Shown one piece after another: positions 18,798 through 28,246 of a stretch of DNA of 57,793 nt. The notes below the pieces were generated by a model. That model was not told where the DNA came from. It did no database searches and worked only from the letters and a program-made list of their open reading frames with translations. Location: contig CAKOXR010000001.1 of NCBI GenBank assembly GCA_934130215.1, positions 1 through 57,793 on the forward strand, given 5' to 3'. The position numbers were made by a program, and so were the translations under genes. Positions within the stretch are counted from its first letter, which is position 1. Every line of letters begins with the position of its first letter. This DNA is from an uncultured Bacilli bacterium (GTDB lineage: Bacteria > Bacillota_I > Bacilli_A > RF39 > UBA660).

Positions 18798-19934
18798 ATG
18801 TCTGCAATAATTACATTATTATGTTTTATATTAGTATTAGGTGTAACAGTATTTATTCATGAATTAGGTCATTTTTTATTTGCTAAAAAAGCAGGTATAT
18901 ATTGTTATGAATTTTCATTAGGAATGGGACCTGTTATATGGAAATTTAATCGTAAAAATGATGAAACAACTTATTCTTTAAGATTATTTCCTATAGGTGG
19001 ATTTGTTCAAATGGCTGGTGAAGCTGTTGATTTGGATGAAAATATACCAGAAGATAAAAGAATGCAAAGTAAAACTTGGATGCAAAGATTTTTAACTGTA
19101 TCAGCAGGTGTTATATTTAATTTTTTACTTGCTTTGGTTATATTTTTTACAGTTGGTATGATAACTGGTACTGATGATCAAAAAGCATATGTTGGAAATA
19201 TTAGTGAAAATTTTAAGGTAAGTTCTACTAATCTTAAAGTAGGGGACCAAATATTAAAAATAAATGGAAAAAGTAGTTGGTCAAGTAATAAAACATTACT
19301 ATTATTAATGGTTAATAGTGGTAATAATATATCAGTTGAAGTAAAACATGCTGATGGAACTAAAGAATTAATTAATATTGAACCAACTTTAGTAAAAGAA
19401 ATAAAAGATGAAAATGATAATATTAAATATGAAATAGTTAATGAAAAAAATGATGAAACTACATATAAATTTGGTATTGGTTTAACTCGTAAATCAACAA
19501 GTGTAAAAGTAAAAAATGTTAAGGATTTCTTTAATAATTTATATCATTCTATAATTTATGCATTTGTTAATTTTGTAAGTTTATTAGACCAAATGATTTA
19601 TACAATCTTTTATTTATGTACAGGTAAAATATCACTTTCTAATTTAAGTGGACCAGTTGGTATTTATCAAGTAGTTGGTGAAAGTGCAAAATATGGATTT
19701 ATAAATGTTGTTTATTTAATAGGTTATATATGTGTTAATGTAGGTTTTATAAATTTACTTCCACTTCCAGCTTTTGATGGTGGTAGAGTATTCTTTATGA
19801 TAATTGAAGCAATTAGAAAAAAACCTATTAGTCCTAAAGTAGAAAATATAATTCATGCTGTTGGATTAGTATTATTAATGATTCTAATGGTTGTTATAAC
19901 ATTTAATGATATTGTTAGAATTTTTATAAAATAA
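18798..19934 (+). CDS. rseP: Site-2 (M50) regulated intramembrane metalloprotease
   Basis: HELGHF zinc motif, a PDZ-like middle region, and NLLPLPAFDGG. Confidence 0.9.
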   Translation: MSAIITLLCFILVLGVTVFIHELGHFLFAKKAGIYCYEFSLGMGPVIWKFNRKNDETTYSLRLFPIGGFVQMAGEAVDLDENIPEDKRMQSKTWMQRFLTVSAGVIFNFLLALVIFFTVGMITGTDDQKAYVGNISENFKVSSTNLKVGDQILKINGKSSWSSNKTLLLLMVNSGNNISVEVKHADGTKELINIEPTLVKEIKDENDNIKYEIVNEKNDETTYKFGIGLTRKSTSVKVKNVKDFFNNLYHSIIYAFVNFVSLLDQMIYTIFYLCTGKISLSNLSGPVGIYQVVGESAKYGFINVVYLIGYICVNVGFINLLPLPAFDGGRVFFMIIEAIRKKPISPKVENIIHAVGLVLLMILMVVITFNDIVRIFIK

Positions 19935-19955
19935 AAACCACTTTGTGGTTTTTTT
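19933..19955. terminator. Bidirectional rho-independent terminator
   Basis: AAAAACCAC, loop TTT, GTGGTTTTT. It overlaps both convergent stop codons. Confidence 0.6.
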
Positions 19956-21804
19956 ATTTGCTTGCTTCTAATATAGCTTTGCTATATAGATATAAACCTT
20001 TAATATTAGGGTGAATATAATCAATTAAATAAAAACTTGAATTGGTATTATTTAAAGTTTCTTCTAATATATTATTTGGATTTATAAATAAATAGTTATT
20101 TTTTAAAGCATAATCTTCTAATTGTTTTGTATATTCATTAAATAATTTATTTTTTTCAATTAAATCTAATTTAGTTACAGTATCATTATTCATAGAATAG
20201 AAAGGTGCAATTAAAATAATTCTTTTTGAATCTAATAATTTAATAATTTCATTTATATTATTTATATATTCATGACTTGTTAAAGCTGATACATCATTAC
20301 GATATCTAATATCATTAGTACCAATTGCTATTATATTTAAATCACTTGAACAATTTTTAATTTCTGTTTTTTTATTTTTTAATAATAATTTAGATGTATA
20401 AGAACCATAACTTGCTTTATTTATTTTGGTATTAAAATTTAACATTAATGGTTCATACCATCCATGGCCATTATTAATAGTTCCATCTGTAATACTATCA
20501 CCTATAAAACAAACAGATTTAGAGTGTTCTAGTTCTTGATAAAGTTGTTTTGTTTTATAAGAAGATATATCTAATTTTTTAATTTCGTTTGGTTTATAAC
20601 CTTCTTTTGTATAAAAATAAAATTCATTTACATCATATATACTAAGTTCTTTATTAAGCATAACTTTAGTAATTAATTTTTGTATTTCCTCAATTCTTTT
20701 TAATTCTGTATTACTCATACTATTATATATATCAATATTATTTAAAATATCATAAATAGGAATAGAATAATAAAAACCATCTTTATCAGATTTTGTAAAC
20801 ATTGGAATTATAGATGAATTAATAACTTTTTTTGCTTTTTTATCAATATAAACATTAACAATACTAGTTGCATCACCATTATTTTTGGTATATTGATTAG
20901 CAAAATTACCGGGTGAGTTTACTATAAAACAATCATTTATAAATTCAAGAGGTTGAACTGTATGAGAATGATCACCGAATATAATAGAAGCACCATTTTC
21001 TTCGAATATTTTATTCCATGTATTTTGCATTTCATTTTGTTTTAAAGAAAATTGAGTTCCCATATGTGGTAATACAATTATTAAATCAACATTTTGTTTT
21101 TTTAATTGATTAAAATCATCAATAACTTGTTTTTTTATTTCTTTAAATAAAGGATCTGATTCTGGAACAATTAGATTAGTTATATTTTCTTTATAAATTT
21201 GTTCTGTTGTGTAATAGTTTGAACCATAAGTATAAGATAGAAAACCAACTTTTAAATTTTGAATATTTATTATTTTATATCTTTCTTTATACCCAATAAA
21301 ATCTAAATTTCTTTCTTTTAAATTAGAAACTGTTTCTTTAATACCATTTATACCTTTATCTAAAATATGATTGTTTGCTATTGTTACTAGATCAATACCA
21401 CTACCTTTAATGCTATCTATGAATTCTTTAGGATAATTCAAATATATATTTTTTCCGTCATCAAAATTTCCTTCGGAATAAGAACTATTTGCAACAGGGC
21501 CTTCTAATACTCCAATTGTATAATCTGATTTTTCAAAATATTTATTTACATAACTAAACATTTTATTATAATTATAAAATTTACCATTAAAACCACTTTT
21601 TACTTGATTTTCAAGCATTATAAGATCCCCAACAAAAGAAATTGAGATTATATTATTATCGGTTGTATAATCCATATTATCTAATTTAGTTTGTTTATTT
21701 AATATTTTAATATTAATACTTGTAAAAAGAAGTAATAATGTAATCATTATAGATATAGATATATTAAAATAAGCAATATTTTTTTTAGTTAAAATTTTTT
21801 TCAT
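19954..21804 (-). CDS. CapA/PGA_cap metallophosphatase-like domain fused to an SGNH/GDSL hydrolase domain
   Basis: N-terminal TM. CapA-like motifs SFVGDLIM, ANNHILDKG and GDHSHTVQP. C-terminal SGNH blocks FIGDSITDG, GTNDIR and DYIHPN. Confidence 0.75.
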   Translation of the reverse strand: MKKILTKKNIAYFNISISIMITLLLLFTSINIKILNKQTKLDNMDYTTDNNIISISFVGDLIMLENQVKSGFNGKFYNYNKMFSYVNKYFEKSDYTIGVLEGPVANSSYSEGNFDDGKNIYLNYPKEFIDSIKGSGIDLVTIANNHILDKGINGIKETVSNLKERNLDFIGYKERYKIINIQNLKVGFLSYTYGSNYYTTEQIYKENITNLIVPESDPLFKEIKKQVIDDFNQLKKQNVDLIIVLPHMGTQFSLKQNEMQNTWNKIFEENGASIIFGDHSHTVQPLEFINDCFIVNSPGNFANQYTKNNGDATSIVNVYIDKKAKKVINSSIIPMFTKSDKDGFYYSIPIYDILNNIDIYNSMSNTELKRIEEIQKLITKVMLNKELSIYDVNEFYFYTKEGYKPNEIKKLDISSYKTKQLYQELEHSKSVCFIGDSITDGTINNGHGWYEPLMLNFNTKINKASYGSYTSKLLLKNKKTEIKNCSSDLNIIAIGTNDIRYRNDVSALTSHEYINNINEIIKLLDSKRIILIAPFYSMNNDTVTKLDLIEKNKLFNEYTKQLEDYALKNNYLFINPNNILEETLNNTNSSFYLIDYIHPNIKGLYLYSKAILEASK

Positions 21805-21907
21805 ATAAATCTTCCTTCAGTTTAAATTATAACATATTTATAATATCAAAAACAATGTAATATTGTATAATAAAAGTAAAAATGTTATAATTAAAAAGGA
21901 GGAAACC

Positions 21908-22792
21908 ATGATTTTAAAATGTGAAAATTTAAATAAAAAATTTGGAAAAAAACAAATTTTAAAAAATGTATCATTTGAGGTAAATGAAGGCGATATTATG
22001 GGTTTTATTGGGCCAAATGGTGCTGGTAAAACAACAACTATTAAAAATATACTTCATCTTCAAAGTATTGATAGTGGAACCGTTTTTATTAATGGTTATG
22101 ATATAAATAAAGATTTTGAAAAAGCAATTGAAAGAGTTGGATGTGTTGTTGAAAATCCTGATCTTTATATGTATTTAACTGGTTATGAAAATCTAAAATT
22201 GGTATCTAGCCTTTATAAAAATATAACCAAAAAACAAATTGATGAAATTATTGATTTAGTTAAATTAAATTCAAGAATAAATGATAAAGTTTCTAAATAT
22301 TCTCTTGGTATGAGGCAAAGACTTGGTATTGCAATTGCATTAATTAATAAACCAAATTTATTAGTTCTTGATGAACCAACAAATGGATTAGATCCTGAAG
22401 GAATAAAAGAACTTAGAGTAATTTTAAAAGATCTTGCTTTAAATAAAAATGTTGGTATTATTATATCAAGTCATAATTTATCTGAACTTGAAAGTTTTTG
22501 TAATAAAATTGTTATAATTAAAAAAGGAGAAATTGTAGAATCTGATAATTTAACAAATTTTAAAAATATAGATCATTCATATATAATTGAATTAGATAAT
22601 TTATCTAAAGTAAAAATTAAATATGAAAAAATTGATAAAAATAATATTAGAATTCATTGTTTAAAAGAAGAAATACCTAATATTATAAAACAATTGGTTG
22701 AAAGTAATGTTAATATATATATGGTAAAAGAAGAAGTGATTTCACTTGAGGATGCATTTCTTAAAAAAGCTGGAGGTAATATAATTGATTAA
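21908..22792 (+). CDS. ABC transporter ATP-binding protein
   Basis: Walker A GPNGAGKTT, signature YSLGMRQR, Walker B LLVLDEP. AGGAGG RBS precedes the ATG at 21908. Confidence 0.9.
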   Translation: MILKCENLNKKFGKKQILKNVSFEVNEGDIMGFIGPNGAGKTTTIKNILHLQSIDSGTVFINGYDINKDFEKAIERVGCVVENPDLYMYLTGYENLKLVSSLYKNITKKQIDEIIDLVKLNSRINDKVSKYSLGMRQRLGIAIALINKPNLLVLDEPTNGLDPEGIKELRVILKDLALNKNVGIIISSHNLSELESFCNKIVIIKKGEIVESDNLTNFKNIDHSYIIELDNLSKVKIKYEKIDKNNIRIHCLKEEIPNIIKQLVESNVNIYMVKEEVISLEDAFLKKAGGNIID

Positions 22793-24137
22793 TTTAATTA
22801 AAAATGAAATTTTTAAAATTTTTAAAAAAAAGGGAATATGGATTATATTAATTGTATTATTTATTTATATATTTTTTATAAGTTTTATTAATTATAAGAT
22901 GGTAAATAAAAGTTTTAATATAAATGAACTAAAAGAAACTTTGAAAAGTATAGATATAGAAAATGATTTATATTTATATGTTGATACATTAAGTCAAATT
23001 GAAAAATATGAATTACTTAAAAATTATGATAAAGATTCTTGGCAGTATTATATTATTAATAATAATGGATATGAATATATAACATATATTAATAATTTAA
23101 AATATGTAGAAAAAGATTTAAAAGAATTAGAAAAAGCAAATAAAGAATTTGAATTATTTAAAGAAAGTTTAAAAGGATCTTGGATAGAATATACTTATAA
23201 AGAAATGAGAAAAATTGAGAATGATGATCCAAATTATGAAGAAAATGAAAGTTATAAAAAATTAAAATTAAGGTTAAAATATGATATACCTTATGGTAAT
23301 AATAAATTGAATACAGCTTTAAATAATTTTATTAATTTTTCATATGATAATGGTAATAAAATTAATTTAGATCATGAAGAAATAATTAATCGAGAAAATA
23401 ATGAAAAAGTATATTATACAAGTAAATATATGATTGAAAATAAATTTAATGAACCAGATGATATTTCTTGTCGTGGATTACTTCTTAGCTTTTTTTCTAC
23501 AACAGAATTATTTATTGTTGTTGCTGTTTGTTTAATTGCTAGTTCAATTATAAGTGAAGAATTTAATAAAGGAACAATTAAAATGTTATTAGTTAGACCT
23601 TATAGTAGAACTAAAATATTATTATCTAAATTTATAACAGTTTTACTTAGTATTTTATTTATGATACTTGTTTCATATTTTATTCAATTGATTGTAGGTA
23701 TTATTTTCTTTGGACCTAAATCACTTAGTAGTGGAGTTCTTATTTATAATTATATTACTCATAATGTTAAAGAAATAAGTATATTTAGTAATATTTTGAT
23801 TACTATTTTATGTAAATTACCAATTTATATAATAATAGGAACATTTGCTTTTTGTTTTAGTACTTTTATTAATAATACAGGAGTTAGTATAGCAATCAGT
23901 ATAGCTTTTTATATTGGTTCAGAAATAATTAATTCAATTGTTTATTATTTTAATATTAAATGGATAAAATATATTATTACTGTAAATTGGGATTTTAGTT
24001 CTTATTTATATGGTAAAACACCGATTATAAATGGAACTGGTTTTATGTTTTCTTTAGTTATTTGTTTAATATATTTTATTATAATGATAATACCTACATT
24101 TATATATTTTAATCATAAAAATATAAAAAATATTTAA
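22785..24137 (+). CDS. ABC-2 type permease with a large extracytoplasmic loop
   Basis: Overlaps the ATPase stop by 8 nt. One N-terminal TM, a loop of about 200 aa, then five or six TM segments. Confidence 0.7.
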   Translation: MINLIKNEIFKIFKKKGIWIILIVLFIYIFFISFINYKMVNKSFNINELKETLKSIDIENDLYLYVDTLSQIEKYELLKNYDKDSWQYYIINNNGYEYITYINNLKYVEKDLKELEKANKEFELFKESLKGSWIEYTYKEMRKIENDDPNYEENESYKKLKLRLKYDIPYGNNKLNTALNNFINFSYDNGNKINLDHEEIINRENNEKVYYTSKYMIENKFNEPDDISCRGLLLSFFSTTELFIVVAVCLIASSIISEEFNKGTIKMLLVRPYSRTKILLSKFITVLLSILFMILVSYFIQLIVGIIFFGPKSLSSGVLIYNYITHNVKEISIFSNILITILCKLPIYIIIGTFAFCFSTFINNTGVSIAISIAFYIGSEIINSIVYYFNIKWIKYIITVNWDFSSYLYGKTPIINGTGFMFSLVICLIYFIIMIIPTFIYFNHKNIKNI

Positions 24138-24188
24138 ATTTATTTATTTTAATATATTATTTATGATATAATTTAGCAGGTGATTTAT

Positions 24189-25010
24189 ATGGATGAATAT
24201 AAAATTATTGAAAGAAGCATTATAAAAAAATATCGAAAAGAGATTTGGAGTAAATTTATTAAAGCTGTTCAAGAATATAAACTAATTAATGAAAATGATA
24301 AGATAATGGTTTGTATTAGTGGTGGTAAAGATTCGTTTTTACTTGCTAAATGTATTGAGGAATTAAAAAAACATGGTAAATATCCTTTTGATGCAGTTTA
24401 TGTTGTTATGAATCCAGGATATAATATAGAAAATATTAATAAAATTAAGGAAAATGCAAGTAGATTAAATATTGATATAGAAATATTTGAAAGTGATATT
24501 TTTTCTGTTACAGAAAAGGAATGTCCTGATAATCCTTGTTATTTATGTGCAAGGATGAGGAGAGGATTTTTATATAGTAAAGCTAAAAGTATGGGTTGTA
24601 ATAAAATTGCTCTTGGTCATCATATTAATGATGTTATTGAAACTACTTTACTTAGTATGTTTTATGGTTCAGAAGTTAAAACTATGCTTCCTAAATTGCA
24701 TAGTGAAAATTTTGATGGTTTAGAGTTAATTAGACCTCTTTATTTAGTAAATGAAAGTGATATTATTAGTTGGAGTTTATCTAATAATTTAACTTTCTTA
24801 AATTGTGCTTGTAGATTTACTTTAAAAAATGATGATAGAGGGAAAAGAAAAGAGATAAAAAATTTAATAAATAGTATGAAAAAAGTAAATCCTAATATAG
24901 AACATAATATTTTTAAGGCTTTAGATAATGTTAATTTAAATTGTGTTTTATCTTATAATAAGGATGGTAAAAAGTATAGTTTTTTGGATGATTATGAAAA
25001 AAATACCTAA
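24189..25010 (+). CDS. PP-loop ATPase, TtcA-like tRNA 2-thiolation family
   Basis: PP-loop CISGGKDS and a Cys motif CPDNPCYLCARMRRG. Confidence 0.75.
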   Translation: MDEYKIIERSIIKKYRKEIWSKFIKAVQEYKLINENDKIMVCISGGKDSFLLAKCIEELKKHGKYPFDAVYVVMNPGYNIENINKIKENASRLNIDIEIFESDIFSVTEKECPDNPCYLCARMRRGFLYSKAKSMGCNKIALGHHINDVIETTLLSMFYGSEVKTMLPKLHSENFDGLELIRPLYLVNESDIISWSLSNNLTFLNCACRFTLKNDDRGKRKEIKNLINSMKKVNPNIEHNIFKALDNVNLNCVLSYNKDGKKYSFLDDYEKNT

Positions 25011-25017
25011 ATGGTAT

Positions 25018-25713
25018 TTAAATTTGAGATTTATTTTTAATAAATTCACGGAGCATTTTAGTAAGTGCTCTTTTTTCGATCCTTGAAACATAACTTCTTG
25101 ATATATTTAATTTTTTAGCAATATCTTTTTGAGTTGTTTCTTCATAATCGTTTAGACCATATCTTTTTTCAATTATTTCTTTTTCTCTTTTTGTTAAAAC
25201 TTTCATATATTTTTTTAAATTATTTATATTATTTTGTGTATGGATTGATAACGCATATTCTGGATCTGGTGTTTTTAGAATATCCAAAAATGTTATTTCA
25301 TTTCCTTCTTTATCGAATCCTATTGATTCATTTAAACTTATGTTTTTTTTATTTTTTTTATTTGATCTAAAGTACATTAGTATTTCATTTTCAATGCATC
25401 TGGCACAATATGTTGTAAGCTTTGTTTCTTTTTTTTCAGAATAACTATCAATTCCTTTTATTAAACCTATTGTTCCAATTGATATTAAGTCATCTGCTTC
25501 ATCTACTTTATGTTCATATTTTTTTACTATATGTGCGATTAATCTTAAATTATGTTCAATTAATTTATTTCTAGCTTCTTTAGATCCTTCTTTTAATTCT
25601 TTAATACATTTTTCTTCATCTTCTTTTGATAAAGGATCAGGAAATACATTATTTGAGTATGCTGCTGTAAAAATATATAGATTTTTAAATAAAAATAATA
25701 ATTTTTTAAACAT
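25018..25713 (-). CDS. sigK: Sporulation-type sigma factor, best resembling pro-SigK
   Basis: NNVFPDPLS..., LIEHNLRLIAHIVKKY, DLISIGTIGLIKGI, CIENEILMYFR and ISRSYVSRIEKRALTKM line up with B. subtilis SigK as I remember it. GGAGG RBS precedes the ATG at 25713. Confidence 0.75.
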   Translation of the reverse strand: MFKKLLFLFKNLYIFTAAYSNNVFPDPLSKEDEEKCIKELKEGSKEARNKLIEHNLRLIAHIVKKYEHKVDEADDLISIGTIGLIKGIDSYSEKKETKLTTYCARCIENEILMYFRSNKKNKKNISLNESIGFDKEGNEITFLDILKTPDPEYALSIHTQNNINNLKKYMKVLTKREKEIIEKRYGLNDYEETTQKDIAKKLNISRSYVSRIEKRALTKMLREFIKNKSQI

Positions 25714-25788
25714 TTTTACCTCCATTATTATTTTATGCAATTTTACATTTTTTTTATAAGATTACTAGATTTTTTAAATTTAATACTG

Positions 25789-25794
25789 TATAAT
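25789..25794 (+). promoter_or_regulatory. Putative -10 element of pilin-like gene A
   Basis: TATAAT 20 nt upstream of the ATG. The same element sits at the same spacing upstream of paralogue B (28222-28227). Confidence 0.35.
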
Positions 25795-25813
25795 TTAAAT
25801 GGTAGGTGAATAT

Positions 25814-27856
25814 ATGAAAAAAGGTTTTACTTTAGTTGAACTAATAGTAGTTATTGTTTTACTTTCATTAATAACGGTTTTTACATTTCCAAGTATAAAT
25901 AAATTATTAAATGAAAGAAAAGAAAAATTATATAATATTCAGATAGAAAATATAAAATTATCTGCTCAAAATTATATAAATAAATATCAATTATTTAATA
26001 CAAGTGATAAAGTTATGGTTACACTTTGTCAATTAAAACAAAGTGGATTTACGGATGAAAATATAAAAGATCCAAGAACAGGTGTTTTAATTTCTGATAA
26101 TTCTATGGTAATTGCTTTAAAAAATACAAATGAATATACATTTATGCCTGGTTTAGATAGCACAACATCTTGTTCAGTAAATGATAGTATTCTTTATGAA
26201 TATATTGAAGTTGGAAGCGAATATATTTTAAAAAATGATGATAGCAAATATACAATTACAATATATCTAAATAATGAGGAAGTAGATAGTGTAGATACAA
26301 GTGAAATAAATACTTATGTTATAAAATATGTTTCTAGCAATGAAACAATAAATAAATATGTATATATTATTGATACAACAGGACCTAATATTGAATATGT
26401 TAATGAACAAACATATAGAGATAAAAATGGTTATGAAGAAAGTAGTAAAAAAATAGGTGAGGGAACAATTTTTATAAGTGCTAGTCAGAATAGTACTTTT
26501 GTTCCTTTCCCTGCTACGGCTATTGATAAAGGTGAGGGTGAAACAACACTTGAAATAACATCTAATGTTAATTTAAAAATACCTGGTATATACTATATTA
26601 CTTATTCAAGCAAAGATTCCAAAGGTAATGCAACGACTAAAAATCAAACTATTGAAGTATATGATGATGTAGCACCTGTAATAGATAATATTTCAGGAAT
26701 ACCAAATGGTAAAACATCTAATAGTATAGTATTAACAGTTGATGCCCATGATAATGAATCAGGATTACATCCAAGAGGAGCATATTCATTTGATGGTGGT
26801 GCGACATGGCAAGTAAGTGATACAATTAATGTTACAGAAAATAAAACATTAAATATAGTAGTTAGAGATGCAGCTTTAAATGAAACAAGAAGAACTGTTA
26901 CAATTAATAATATATTAAAAGATGATAAAACATTATCATTTAATATTAAAAAAGGAACTATGAAAAATAGTGGCTGGTATGTAGATAATGTTGAAGTTGA
27001 AATAAAACCTTTAGTAAATGAAGAATATTTTAGTTCTTATAGTTATTGTATAAGTTCAAATACTAATTGTACACCTAATAAAGAAATTAGAACAATTAAT
27101 AGCACTACTGAAGTAATTAGTCAAAGTACAACAGGATTATATATATGTGGATATGTTACTAAAAAAGATGGTACAAGAACTTCTCAAGTATGTAGTATGA
27201 ATATTAAAATTGATAAAGAATTACCTACTTGTGAAATTGAATATCAATCAAATTATGATATATCACTTGGTTTACCAGGTAAAATCATTGTCAAAGATAG
27301 TATAAGTGGTGCTGCTACTAATCCAATTTCATTTTTGTTAAAAAGTTCAAAGACTTATGAAATATACGATAAAGCTGGTAATAGAAATACTTGTGAAGTA
27401 AAAGTAAAAGTAACATTACAACATAGATATAAAACATGTGCTGGCTATAAATCTTGTGCAAATGCTGATTATTGTGGAAGAAATACTTATAGCTGTAATT
27501 GTAGTGATTGCAAGTATGGATCAAATACTTGTAGAGGAGGCTGCAATAGAAGTAAATGTTCTCGATATTATTGCTGTTCTAATTTAGCAGGTACTCGTTG
27601 TAAATCTCTTAGTCGTCCAGGCAATTATAAATATTGTAGTTGTACTGATTATAAATGTACTGATTGGGATTCATGTAAATATGGATCAAATACTTGTTCT
27701 TATGGATGTGATACATGTCAAGGAGATGCTAAATCGTGTGCTAATCCAACATGTGGATGTGCTTCATATTCATATTCTGAATGGACACTTGGGGCATGTA
27801 CAAATGTACCTGGCAAAACTTGTGAAACTCGTGGTGGATATTTAAGAGGTGATTAG
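25814..27856 (+). CDS. Large modular type IV pilin-like protein A: prepilin signal, Ig-like modules, Cys-rich C-terminal module
   Basis: MKKG|FTLVELIVVIVLLSLITVF has Gly at -1, Phe at +1 and Glu at +5. Ig-like modules include TAIDKGEGETTLEITSNVNLKIPGIYYITY and DNESGLHPRGAYSFDGGATWQ. By my count there are 24 Cys in the last ~140 aa. Confidence 0.75.
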   Translation: MKKGFTLVELIVVIVLLSLITVFTFPSINKLLNERKEKLYNIQIENIKLSAQNYINKYQLFNTSDKVMVTLCQLKQSGFTDENIKDPRTGVLISDNSMVIALKNTNEYTFMPGLDSTTSCSVNDSILYEYIEVGSEYILKNDDSKYTITIYLNNEEVDSVDTSEINTYVIKYVSSNETINKYVYIIDTTGPNIEYVNEQTYRDKNGYEESSKKIGEGTIFISASQNSTFVPFPATAIDKGEGETTLEITSNVNLKIPGIYYITYSSKDSKGNATTKNQTIEVYDDVAPVIDNISGIPNGKTSNSIVLTVDAHDNESGLHPRGAYSFDGGATWQVSDTINVTENKTLNIVVRDAALNETRRTVTINNILKDDKTLSFNIKKGTMKNSGWYVDNVEVEIKPLVNEEYFSSYSYCISSNTNCTPNKEIRTINSTTEVISQSTTGLYICGYVTKKDGTRTSQVCSMNIKIDKELPTCEIEYQSNYDISLGLPGKIIVKDSISGAATNPISFLLKSSKTYEIYDKAGNRNTCEVKVKVTLQHRYKTCAGYKSCANADYCGRNTYSCNCSDCKYGSNTCRGGCNRSKCSRYYCCSNLAGTRCKSLSRPGNYKYCSCTDYKCTDWDSCKYGSNTCSYGCDTCQGDAKSCANPTCGCASYSYSEWTLGACTNVPGKTCETRGGYLRGD

Positions 27857-28183
27857 ATGAAAAAATATATTCCGTATATTATGATTTGCTTAATTATTGT
27901 GATTACTATTATTTCTATTTTAGGTATTAATTATTCTAAAAAGAATAATATTAGTTTAGATGAAAAGATGAAAAATTATTGTGAACAAATTTTTAAAAAT
28001 GAAGAAATTGGATCTAATGAGGTATATGTTTCTTTAAAATCCATGAAGGAAAGATATAATTTAGATATTTCTGATTTTACTAATCCTAAACATAATTGTT
28101 CTCTTGAAAATAGTATGGCAAAAGCAAGTAAAGTAAACGGTAAGTTAACTTGTTCTATTAATTTAATTTGTGAAAATATGTAA
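27857..28183 (+). CDS. Small membrane-anchored Cys-containing protein between the pilin-like paralogues
   Basis: Its ATG directly abuts the TAG of gene A. N-terminal hydrophobic helix and four extracytoplasmic Cys. Confidence 0.55.
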   Translation: MKKYIPYIMICLIIVITIISILGINYSKKNNISLDEKMKNYCEQIFKNEEIGSNEVYVSLKSMKERYNLDISDFTNPKHNCSLENSMAKASKVNGKLTCSINLICENM

Positions 28184-28246
28184 AAGTTTAGTTTATACTA
28201 GACTTTTTTGTTTTTAATTTGTATAATTTAGATAGTAGGTGGTCTA

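Noticed and set aside
27845-27853. C-terminal RGD tripeptide of paralogue A as an integrin-binding motif
   Set aside because: A tripeptide is expected by chance, it is absent from paralogue B, and no structural context is available. I kept it only as a remark within the Cys-rich module finding.
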